A stretch of DNA of 64,000 nucleotides from Lepidodermella squamata (lineage: Eukaryota; Animalia; Gastrotricha), in the NCBI GenBank assembly GCA_047495785.1, contig JBLDXI010000001.1, forward strand, positions 1,550,001-1,614,000, written 5' to 3'. Under the pieces are notes generated by a model. The model saw nothing but the letters and a program-made list of their open reading frames with translations. It was not told where the DNA came from and did not search any database. Positions 25,972-37,051 of this stretch are shown piece by piece; the first letter of the stretch is position 1, and each line of letters opens with the position of its first letter. Made by a program: the position numbers and the translations under genes.

Positions 25972-27042
25972 GAAATAACCTTTTGGTTCTCCCTAGAAAA
26001 ATGTAAAGTGCATTTTAAGAATACGAGCGAGAATAGTATATTAACACTAAGCAAACATAAACCATCAAGGGTAAAAAACACTACTGATAGACGATTTCAA
26101 CATGTAGATAAGGCGATGCACTCAGTGCATAATCGAGTCTCCGTGTCGGGTGTCGGATCAAGGGCTCAGGCAAAATTATACTATAGCCAGAGCTTGATAT
26201 TTGTAATCTGGCACAAAATCGCTAATTGCTACTAAGAAGTTATTTGGGGACTAGGTAAGCACATTATCAACACTGGACGGGTGCGATTTTGATGTTTGAT
26301 GTGCAGTCGAAACTGTCTGTAACCTGCGACTTGACAGGCATTTACCAAATAATATTTGCAGAGGATAGATAGTAGCGTTAATTGGCGAATGATTGGCGAT
26401 TGGCGAATTCAGGAATCAGGAATGAGCGACACAAAGATGGAGGGTTAGCATAATCGACGCTCAGAATGGTGAGTGGTATGAGGATGGGCGCGTCAGCATT
26501 AAATGAGATTTGATGCAAAGGTACAGTTGAAGGGTTTGGGGCCTCTACATGCTTTGATTGTTGTCACTGGCAAAGCTTTTTTATTTGGAAAATATAGTTC
26601 TGTTGCCAGATTTCTGCACCCATTCAGGGGCACGAGTAACTAACGGTTAAGGTGCTGCGCCAATTCTCGACCACGGTTCTTCGCCTTTCGCGGTCTTCAC
26701 CGCACTCCGGAGAAAGCGAAGGCCCGTGAGATTTCCACCCTTAGAAACACTAACCCCTCATATCCAATGGAATAATTCTGTAAAGTTCGAAGTTGAATTA
26801 TTTTATGCTACTAACCAATAAAAATAATTAAAATTATAATACGGTGAAAACGAAAAATCTGTTGAAACGCGCGTTTTTTCGTGCGGGCGGCTCCCTTTTT
26901 CCGGCTTTTCGGTTTTCGGCTTCAGGTTCTCGCTCAGGTAACGAGGAAGTGCGGCTTTTGAATTTCACCTTTCACCTTTGTTAAGATTCTCACCTCGCTG
27001 CAGTCAAGTATAAAGTTTGAGTTTTGAGTACCTGAACATTTA

Positions 27043-28014
27043 ATGGAAGCTGATGAAATAAAAATACCAAATAACCCTGCGGCTGTTTGGGATTGCAATC
27101 AGGGTGCTGTAAGAGCGGTTCGTTTCTCTGCGGATGGCAACTATGTGCTGACACCGGGCAGCGACAAATCTATCAAGCTATGGAGTATCTCTCAGGTTTG
27201 CAGCGGTAATTCTCCGAATGCCATCCACACTTACATGGGTCATGGAGCAGAGCCGCTTGATGTAAAAGCTTCTAACGACAATGCAAGATTGGTTAGCGGC
27301 GGTTCGGATAAACTGGTGCTCACGTGGGATGTTGTCGAAGGATCTGTGCTTTCGAGATTTCGGGACCATGCTGCTCGTGTAAATAGTGTTAGCTTCGGCT
27401 CGCCTGACTCCAATGTCGTTATATCTGGTTCTGTTGACTCGACAGTAAAACTTTGGGATTGCAGAACGCGTCCTTCTCAAGCACTGATCCAAACTTTGGA
27501 CGATGCAAAAGATTCTATATCTCATGTTACAGCTATAAAACATGAAATTATAACATCATCCGCTGACGGTTACGTTAGAATATATGACCTTCGAGCTGGG
27601 CAGCTCTCCGCCGACTACTTGGGCGGCCCCGTCTATTGTGCAACATTAACTCGTGATCACCAGTGTATACTCGCTGCAGCTGCTTCACAGCCTATCCGCC
27701 TCTTGGATAGGGTTTCTGGCAGGTTACTTCAAGAATTCACGGGACATGCCGCTGGAAGTGAATACCAGCTTGAAGCCGATGTGTTCACTGGCGATTCAAT
27801 CATTGTCTCTGGATCGGAGGATGGACATGCATGCATTTGGGACATGGTTCAAGCCAAATTGATAGCAAAGCTGCCTGTAAAATCATCATCTTCGGGCACT
27901 CACAGACCCGCAGCAGGATCGAATGTCGTTCATTCATTATCAACCCATCCGTCGAAAGTATCTTTGCTCACTGCTTCACATCGTTATGTTACTTTTTGGA
28001 ATACCGGCTCCTAA
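27043..28014 (+). CDS. WDR83: WD40-repeat protein 83 (MORG1), intronless CDS
   Basis: 323 aa. CNQGAVRAVRFSADGNYVLTPGSDKSIKLW, HTYMGHG, LWDCR, QTLDDAKDSIS, RIYDLRAG, SGSEDG and VVHSLSTHP follow the WDR83 pattern. Confidence 0.88.
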   Translation: MEADEIKIPNNPAAVWDCNQGAVRAVRFSADGNYVLTPGSDKSIKLWSISQVCSGNSPNAIHTYMGHGAEPLDVKASNDNARLVSGGSDKLVLTWDVVEGSVLSRFRDHAARVNSVSFGSPDSNVVISGSVDSTVKLWDCRTRPSQALIQTLDDAKDSISHVTAIKHEIITSSADGYVRIYDLRAGQLSADYLGGPVYCATLTRDHQCILAAAASQPIRLLDRVSGRLLQEFTGHAAGSEYQLEADVFTGDSIIVSGSEDGHACIWDMVQAKLIAKLPVKSSSSGTHRPAAGSNVVHSLSTHPSKVSLLTASHRYVTFWNTGS

Positions 28015-28074
28015 ACTAAACTGGATAAACTTTGTATCAATTTCTAACGATTTTTTATTGATAGGTGCTTTTAT

Positions 28075-29113
28075 ATGCAAATGCAGAAGTTTAATTTGGA
28101 TTGTTACTACTTTTACGCATCGAAATGCAGCAAGGCAAGATATTTTTAGCTTAATATTGAACGTACTCATGTCAAGTCTGATCATTTAGGGCGATGCTTG
28201 TCCTTATCGCCATGCCGAAGCTGCTCTTGGTTGCGATCAAACCTGTGAAAAGTGGGCAGCTGGAAACTGCTCTGATTTGAATTGTCCTCTTCGCCATGTT
28301 AAAGTCGCAGCTCCGAAATCGCAAACTCCTTGTTTTTACGAAGGCACCCCGTCGGGGTGTCTAAAACAAAACTGCCCGTACCTTCACGCTTCTGCCAACG
28401 GCAGTTCAAACCTGCGACCCGTTCAAACTCATCCCAACCCGAATTTACATCAAATCGTGCTGAATTTAAACGACTCAGACTCAGACGATGATGGCGATCA
28501 AGAGTCAGCTCAAGTTCCTCAGCATCCTTCTCCGAAGAAAGCTGAGAAGCATCAATCTCCGCCAAACAACAACATTTCTAACATTTCATCGACAGTAACA
28601 AACAACAGGCGCGTCATTATACCACCATCAAAAACGAATTCTGTGCCAAGTCGGCCTCAACCAGTGAATGATAACGGAGTTCAAGCAATAGCGGTTCTTA
28701 GTGGCAGGAAGCCGAATGTTGTGAGTAGGAATCTCGCGAGTGGAGATTTGCGGCGAGTATTGACCGGCACCGCCCAACACGTTGACCGTATTTCTCCAAT
28801 GAAACCTCGTCCGGTTGAAAAACCGAAAATAGCGGTGGTGGAAGTAGCCCCGGAAGAGCAAGAACGCCGAACGAATAGGTTAAAGCGGTTCTCGGCGGGC
28901 GGAGGTGATAGCTCCGAGGCGAAGCAGGCCAAGCCGCAAGACCATACAAAACCTGAAAACGAATCTTCGACCTCGACAACAAATTTAGGCTGCAGTCCGC
29001 CGCAAATCGAGCAAAACTCTTCGTCTGCGCTTGAGGACGACCTTCTCGGCGAAATTAGCGCGACAAATTCCGAACACCATTTGGATGGTGATGATTTAAT
29101 CTCTTCATTGTGA
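28075..29113 (+). CDS. ZC3H11A: ZC3H11A-like triple CCCH zinc-finger protein
   Basis: Exon 28075-28134 (MQMQKFNLDCYYFYASKCSK), a GC-AG intron at 28135-28189, then GDACPYRHAEAALGCDQTCEKW...CPLRH...PCFYEGTPSGCLKQNCPYLH. This is the ZC3H11A N-terminal finger array. Confidence 0.85.
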
Positions 29114-29484
29114 TTACAAATAATGCTGATTCCTGTCTGTTTTTCGATCGATTGATTGAGGTGATGAATCAATCACGGCCTTATATGCATTTTATACACG
29201 AGTTTACACCTAGTGTAGCCGTTGGCTTCGTCTCTATTCAACATGTCCTATATTTCATGTAAAAAAATACAGCGGTTTTCAAAAAAATATTCTATGTACT
29301 CTTTGCGCAAAGGAAATCTGCGAGGTAATCGAATACTAACAAATTTGGAGAAATTTTATGGAAGATTGAATAAAATGTTAGAAAAGATGGCTTGTGCAAT
29401 TACTTCACTGAAATATGAACGCCATCCATCTCAAATTTAATTGTTTACTTTTTTCTTAGGTTTTGAATTCATTGGTTGAAATCC

Positions 29485-32204
29485 ATGGATTCATCGACGC
29501 CTTTTAAATGGCTGGACATGCTCGAGCAGGAATTCGATCGAAATTACGCTTTCATCGATTTGTTACTCGATGAAGCTGATTTCGAGGACAGCTATGCTCC
29601 CGATGGTGGAAGCTTAATTCAACTCCGCCAACGGCTTTCTTACGTCTCCGGCGCTTTCGGTCAACTAGTTCACAAAGCCATGACAATTTTTCAAACTAAT
29701 ATAAAGCTCGAGGTGAGTTGAATAATTAATTAAACTAAAGCTGGACTCAAGAGGACATTTATACTGTTTTAAGGTGGAAGTGTCCGCGAGAAGACTTTCC
29801 ACTTTCCCCATCTTTCAATTCCCATATGCGAATAACATGTTTATCACCCTTTTTCAATTTTTTCTAGGCCCGAGTTTTGGCTGCCGAAGAAGATGCGATA
29901 AGGAGCGAAGCCCGGAGTAAAACTCTGGCAGATGAAGTGAAATCACTGCGCGCTCAATTAGCAGCCGTATCATCACTCAATTCGCAAAAGTCGGTAATGG
30001 TCGAGCAGGTTGAACCCGATCCCGAGATTGTCAAAATTCTTGAGGAGGACGCTCAACGGCGCATGTTACAAGCTTTCCGCGCTCAACTTGCCCTTTCACA
30101 CCTAACGCGGCTTCGACAGGAGAATCTTGAGCTGCGGCAGGAGAACTTGATGACGAAATCTGAAACTGAAGCTTTGAAATTGACCCTACGTTACCTGGAC
30201 AAAGAGAGAGCCGGTCGCATCCAGCAAATTCAGCTGCTTTCAAATACGAAAATGCCGGTTGACGAGCGGAATCGCGTATGGGCTCAACTCGAAACGGAAA
30301 TTGCGTTGCAACGGTGTAAAACTGTCGTTCAAACATGCCTTGCTAGACAACCCCGCCCCGCCTCGTCGCTACATTCCGCCGAAAAATTGCTCAATGGCGT
30401 TGTGGCTAAAGAGCCTTATCACCCTGAACCAAATGTCGGTGAGGTTAGATCGGTGAGATACGCGAAACCTAGCGAGAACGGTGCTCTAGGCCTTTCGATT
30501 GTTGGCGGGCGTGACGTTGCACTGCCTATTATTGTTTCATCAGTTACAAACGATTCCCCACTAGCCGGGCAAGTTTTCGTCGGCGATCTGATCAAAACGG
30601 CCAACGGACGCGATTTGACATCAGCGTCCAGGCAGGAAGCGGTGGAGGCGATTGTTTCGCCCCCGCCTGGTTCGGACCCGTCAAAACTAGACTTGACCGT
30701 GTGCTACCTGGGCGGAGCTGAGGATGCGATGTATGATGAAGACTTGATAGCGAACGGCAGCTTGAATTCGTCGCAAAATAACCCGGCTTCGTTGAAAGCG
30801 TCTGGTGATAGCGGACTAGGCTCGGCCGATCCGCTTTTCGAAACCGTTTGGCTACAAAATGGCGAATTGTAAGTTTTCACCAACAAGTTGTTTCATCAAT
30901 TTAAAAATTAAATTGAAATTGAATTAAAATATTAAAAATTAAAATTTTCGCTGTTTGTTGTGCTTCTTCTACAACACTTTTCCTGTCCTAAATGTGATCC
31001 TGTCCTGCAATTATATGTTGTTTTCCTTATACTTTGTCAAGCTTCCCTCTCTTGGGTTTAATAGCTTTTAAATAAATAAATAAATAAATTAAAATTAATT
31101 AAAATTAAATTAAATTCATTTTGATTGGTGAAATGTCAACTCGTCCGCGACAAGTCATCCGGTTACAACTCATCCGCGACAACTCGTCCAACGACAACTC
31201 ATCCGAAATTGAATAAATATATAAATAATTATTTTTAGCGACAACTCATCCGGTGACAACTGATCCGGCCCGGCCGAGTTGTCGCGGATGAGTTGTCACT
31301 AAAATTAAATAATTAATTATTTTTTAATTATTTTAACTTTGGGACAACTCGTCCACGGACAAGTCATCCGCGACAACTCATTCTGAATTTACCAATAAAT
31401 GTCATATTTCAAATTTCGGATGAGTTGTCCCTGGACGAGTTGTCCCAGAGTTAAAATAATTAAAAAATAATTAATTATTTAATTTTAGTGACAACTCATC
31501 CGCGACAACTCGGCCGGGCCGGATGAGTTGTCACTAAAAATAATTATTTAAATATTTATTTAATTTCGGATGAGTTGTCGTTGGACGAGTTGTCGCGGAT
31601 GAGTTGTCGCGGACGAGTTGACCGCGGATGAGTTGACGCCCCACGTTTTGATTTATTTTGATAATTTTAGTTAATATTCTTCAATATTTTAATTAATTAA
31701 TTTAATTAATCCATTTTTTTTAATTTCAGATGGCCTGCGCTGCATTCCGGTATCGGCGTTGGCCCGCCCACTGCTAATTTTTTCCAGTACTCAGTTGAGC
31801 CGATTCAACGTCTCCAAGCGCCTGAAATCCTAGCCGATAACCTAATCGCTCTGCCCCAGGATGAAGTTGTGATAAACGAGCAAGGCCTGAAGGCTGCATC
31901 TGTTGCTTCAGCGTCGTCGCTGTTATCAAGCGGCCGGTTCAGCGCCTCTGGTCGGACTGCGGGCGGATCAGTCGTCACCTTGAAACATAGCGTTCAACCG
32001 CGTGATGACGAACAAGTGGTCGATTTTGTCGCTAATTTGAATTCAGCGCACTACCCTTCAGATCTCTCAACCTCGAACAATTCTAACAACAACAATACTA
32101 GTAATAGCAAATCAAATGCAAGTCAGAATGGCGAAAATGGTTTCAACACAGATTCTCAGAATTTTGAATTTTTGAGCGATATCGCGTTTTCTGCTGACGT
32201 TTGA
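29485..32204 (+). CDS. GOPC: GOPC/PIST-like coiled-coil plus PDZ protein, paralogue 1
   Basis: Exons 29485-29712, 29868-30868, 31730-32204. Motifs FKWLDMLEQEFD, YLDKERAGRIQQIQLL, WAQLETEI and PDZ loop LGLSIVGG. Confidence 0.85.
31127..31645. mobile_element. Foldback/MuDR-like non-autonomous element made of nested inverted repeats, in GOPC-1 intron 2
   Basis: The element is one long imperfect palindrome built from about 14-bp units (gacaactcatccgc / gcggatgagttgtc). It is flanked by the 8-bp direct repeat ttttgatt (31119-31126 and 31646-31653). Confidence 0.8.
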
Positions 32205-32895
32205 TTGAATTTATTCGATAAATCTATTTCACTCTGCCTTAACTTTTGCTGCTGCTGCTGTGTTTGGTTTGAGCCTCAATTTTTACGGTCTGGGCTATAA
32301 TAATAGACACATTTTGCGATGCACTCACCTTGAAACAAGTCATGTTTGTATAACTTCTCGCCTTGTACTTATTTTAAGGTGGACCACTGTCTGTCTTAGC
32401 GCGTGTTTTGCTGACTTCGGAATTCATTTGTGATTTTTTGGTTATTTATCCCTGTTTTTTTCTTCGGAAAGAAATACCTTCAAAAAATGCAGTTTTTGTG
32501 CAATTATCTGTTTTGACTTCCGCGCTGAAAATCTTCAATTATTTTCTTGATATTCAAGCATAAAGATGCAGAGGAAATATTACATATAAATAGCGCTCGC
32601 GGCCTGATTCTAATTTATATAAACTGATTATATTATGATTAAAAAATTGTTTTTTGAACCAATGAAATAAAGCTGAGAGACGCTTTGTTGTTCAATAATG
32701 ATATCCGATTTCGTGGCGGCATAGTCAGGCTTACCTTCAGCCGGGAGCCTGATTAAATATTCACACGCAGATACAGTTTACTATTTACTCGCACTGGTCA
32801 GTGACGTGAGAGAAATAACACACAGCTCGTTATCCGATTCAGGCAGTAACTTATTCACTAAAACACCGTGTAGTATTTTCACAGCACATAACTTC

Positions 32896-34513
32896 ATGGC
32901 GGCGATAGTAGCAGAAAATGCCGGTAATCACTGGCTTCGTTTGATAGAGCAGAAATTCGATGGACATGGTGCAAAAGCGAAAACATTGGTCCAAGATAAG
33001 TCTATCGATATTGCAGCCCTCAAACTTCAAATCGATAAAATGGCCGAATCTTTCGTCCAGCTTGTTCACAAAACTGAAACGCTATTTCAAGAGAACATCC
33101 AGCTTAAAGTATCCACCTTAAATTTACGATAAAATATTGCGATTTAATGCAATTTTTTTAGGCCGAAGTATTTAGAGCGGCGGAACCTAATTTACCTAAA
33201 AGCGGAAATTTTGATATGGAGGAGAATAGCTTGGAATCGTTGAAGTATAACTATCTAGTCACAGCAGCTCGTTGTCACTGTTTGTCGGCCGAAAATGCGC
33301 AACTTAAGCGAGATCTATTTATTGCCAAGTCCGAAATCGAGGCTCTTCATTTAACGGTGCGATATTTGGATCGAGAGCGTGCCGGCAGGGTTCAGCAATT
33401 GCAACTGGTTTCGAAATCCCTGAGCCCGGACAATAACTACCAATTACTTACAACAGCCGAGCGGGATCGACTTTGGTTTCAAATAGAGGCAGAAATAACG
33501 CTGAATCGAGCCAAAGCCTACGTCGCTCGATGCTTGCTACAACTGTCAAATCAAAAATTTAAGAAGCAAAGCTCTAAACCGGTGCAGCTACTCCCAGCCA
33601 GTGTGATTAAATCATGCCCTCAACAGACTCGTCGAGTAGTTTTTACGAGAAGTCACGATAACGAGCTCGGGCTGGCGCTAGTCGGCGGGAAAGCTCACTG
33701 CCTACCCGTTTTGGTCGCCATGGTTACGGAAGAATCGCCCCTTATTGGCAGAGTTTTCACAGGCGATGCGCTGTTATCTGCGAACGGTTACGATCTGACA
33801 AACGCTACGCTTCCGTTGGCGGCCGATGCGATTGTCAGGTGTGATCAGAACAAGCAGTGCGAGCTGATTGTCAAAAATATTGGCTACGACCTTAGCGTGT
33901 TTGATGAAGAAAAATTCGAGCCCAAAACGGAGACAACAGCCGAGCTTAAACCTGCGGAAAATGAATTTCTGAAAATTCAAAAAATGTTAGTTTCAGCTCG
34001 TAAAATGTCTCGAAAAATTATTGATTTTTTTTCAGCCTGGAGGAGAGTTATCGGAATCCATTTGAATACGAACTTCAAGATGACAACGATGACGACTGCT
34101 TTTTCTACCCTGTAGAGCTTCCGTTTGTGACAGACAAGTTTACGATACCTGAGGTGCTTTCAAAAAGCAGCACAGGCTTTTCGACCCCCTTCACGGCGTG
34201 TCTAGGCAGCGAAAGCGGCCTAGATCAAGCTCCGGTTGAAGACTGCACAGATTTCGACGCATCTAACCCATTTTCGACTGATTATACCGCAATAACCTCA
34301 GCGCCTCAATCGCTGCCTGAGAACTCGCAACAAAAGCCTGTTAACAGCAGCAAATTGACGACGAAAAGTAAAACAATTCAGCCAAACGGCGATAAGTTTT
34401 CTAAAAATTATTTCTCACCCATAACTCAACAACAGGATGAAATGACAGCAGGTGATGATAGTAGTAATGCCTTTCTAACTAACAACGCATTCTCAGCCGA
34501 TGTGGTATTTTGA
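32896..34513 (+). CDS. GOPC/PIST-like protein, paralogue 2
   Basis: Exons 32896-33108, 33162-33985, 34036-34513. Motifs HWLRLIEQKFD, FVQLVHK, YLDRERAGRVQQLQL, WFQIEAEI and PDZ loop LGLALVGG. Confidence 0.8.
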
Positions 34514-34860
34514 TTTTGAAAATAAATTGTGATTTAAACGATGGCTTTATGCCACCTGTAATTGCTTCGGTTTTGGGCGCACTTTGTTCGAACTTTTCCC
34601 ATGTGATTCATGTCGGAAAAAATGCTATGGCTATGATATACGTCAGAGCATCAGAACTGGTCACGCTTGGCTTACAATCGCTTGCCGCCGTCGGAATATA
34701 ACGCCGATATTGTACAGGTGTGTTGTTATAAAATGCTTCGCCAAATTTGCGTTTAATGATCCTCGAAAAACACGCTATACTGTGTAGTGTTGTAATATCT
34801 CACTGCATCAAATCGAAATGCGAGTAATTTATGGCGCTTAAGTATAGATAGCAGCAGCGA

Positions 34861-36784
34861 ATGGCGATAACTTACAACGACATTTGCAATGTGACGGTCA
34901 ACGTCACCAACGTGTATCTGCCGATTATGGCCGCCCTCGCGATGACGCAGCAATGCCCGGCCGAACTCGCCCGCCTCGAGGTGTTCTTCAACCACTCGAA
35001 GAACGACGTTCGCGAGGTTATCGAACTGCTGTACGAAAATGACTTCAAGCACGAACCTGACGTGACTTTCCGCCATTTTTTGTCGCTGCACCCGTTTATG
35101 ATGGCTGTTTTCGTGATTGTCGTTCTCGCCGTGATTTGCAACGGCCTCTGCTTGTCGGTAATGTTCCGAATTCGCATGACGCTGTCCGGCCATAGACTCT
35201 TCATCATGAGCCTATGCGCCAGTGATACTGTGGTGTCGATTTTCATCATTTTGCATCTTCGCCAGCAGTTTCTCAACGATCAGTTGACAGCTCCACCCGA
35301 TAAAAATCTTTGCAAAGAAAATGTAATTTTTTTTTAATTATTCCGAAATTTAAATTTTATGCTTATTTTCACAGTTCGTCATCTCTTTCAAATATTCCGG
35401 CTATTTACTGTCTTTGTTCAATCTAATCGGCATGGCGACTGATCATTTTATCGGCATACTCAGGCCTCTTTACTATTGCCGATGGATGAGTACGAAAAAT
35501 ACCACGATCGCCATAGTTATTATTTGGATTGTTGGCGGATTTATTGGACTCGCTCCTCATATTATCGCAATTTTAATGTCAATTACTATGAATCGGTCAT
35601 TGAGGAAATATTGCTTCCTAACCATGCAGGTAAAATTCATGTTCAGCAAACTAAAAAATATTTTTTAATTTAATAGTAATTAATAAACAATTTTTTTCTT
35701 CATTTTCTAGTTTGCGGACTATTATTACCCGACGATTTTGATCATCTCGACGCCGGTTGCTTTCAGCATAATTTTCTTTTGCTATTGGAGAATTTTTCAA
35801 AAAATCGGCGACCTTCATCGCCGATCGCCGCGCCTATTGAGTCAAATCGAAATTCGGAAAGCAACAATCACAACTCTCATAATTATCATAACTTTTACTA
35901 TCTGCTGGTTACCATGGTGTTTCTACGAGCTGTATCTTATTATTTACCTACGAATGCTGAAAGTTCCACACCAAGATGTGCAGTGGACAGATTTAGTGTT
36001 GGTCAACAAAATCGCCATGGTTCTGTTGAATTTCAACGCGTTAGCCGATCCGTTGATCTACACATTTCGAATGGCGCATTTTCGAAATCGAATGGCCCAC
36101 GTGCTATGCATCGAAGCGATCAGGCAACGGCTGCGTCGAAGTCGCGGCGCTATGAGCCTCTCAGGCCTTGCGCACCTTAAGCTAATAACGCACTCGGGTG
36201 CTCCGAGGGACGCGTCGCAGGGTGACTTCAATAAAACGCGCGCGCAGTCCAAAGATAGCGCGCAGTTGATGATGCGAGACGCGCCCACCGCTGCGCAGTT
36301 GATTACCAGCGTCGATGCTATCGTGTCATCGCCGGTTAACAACGGCGTGATACGCTCGATGACGCCGCCGAACACGATGACGACAACAACGAGCTACGCC
36401 GGCTCCGGGCTGGCAACTGGTAACCAAAGTGCGGCAACAATAGGTGGCCTAATCATTAATAACACTTCGCGTTCAGGTTCTGGCCAAAGCGACCAGCTGC
36501 CGATTGATGAGTCATCCCGGCTCATCCCGCCGCATCTCACGCTGGAGAACTGGCAGGAGGAGGATCAGCGGTTGGACGCAGGCGACGAAGCTGCTGCGAT
36601 CATAACGAACCCTGATCATTTGTTAGCTGACAGAAATTCGGCGATTCGACGAAGCGATGGCGTGTTCTTCGAAGACAGTACCTCTACTCCAGATCAGGAA
36701 AAATTACCCGAACCGCCCTCGCCTCTTCCGTCTTTGAATGACAGCCGCGATTCGCAAGGCAACATTCAGGACTCTTCAATATGA
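34861..36784 (+). CDS. Class A (rhodopsin-type) orphan GPCR
   Basis: Exons 34861-35322, 35375-35629, 35711-36784. Seven hydrophobic segments with SLCASD (TM2), DHF in place of DRY, CWLP (TM6) and DPLIY (TM7), followed by a long disordered tail. Confidence 0.88.
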
Positions 36785-37051
36785 TCTATATTTAAAATTT
36801 GTGAAAAATTATCCCGAAAAAAATTCCTGAACATTGTTGTCGATGACGCAAAGCTCGCGTCTAAAAAAATAATCAATAAAAATAATAAAAATATTGTTTG
36901 CAACAGGTGTGGAATTAATATCGCATTATTAGGTACTTGATGTCTATTCAGATGTAGCGATATGTCGCGATCCTGGAGTTCGGTATGCGTGTCGCCCCGC
37001 CTAATAAATACCGTAATATTGGCACAGAGTCGTGTCATTTTTTCGCTTAGA

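Noticed and set aside
26100-26450. Telomerase RNA (minus-strand CTAACCCT, possible H and ACA boxes) or U1-like RNA (CTTACCTAG)
   Set aside because: No convincing pseudoknot, CR4/5, 3' hairpin or U1 loop motifs were found.
26000-27040. WDR83OS/Asterix opposite WDR83, as in mammals
   Set aside because: No Asterix-like peptide in the frames I translated or in the ORF track.
31127-31645. CRISPR array
   Set aside because: The units are about 14 bp, inverted, lack unique spacers and sit in a eukaryotic intron with no cas genes.
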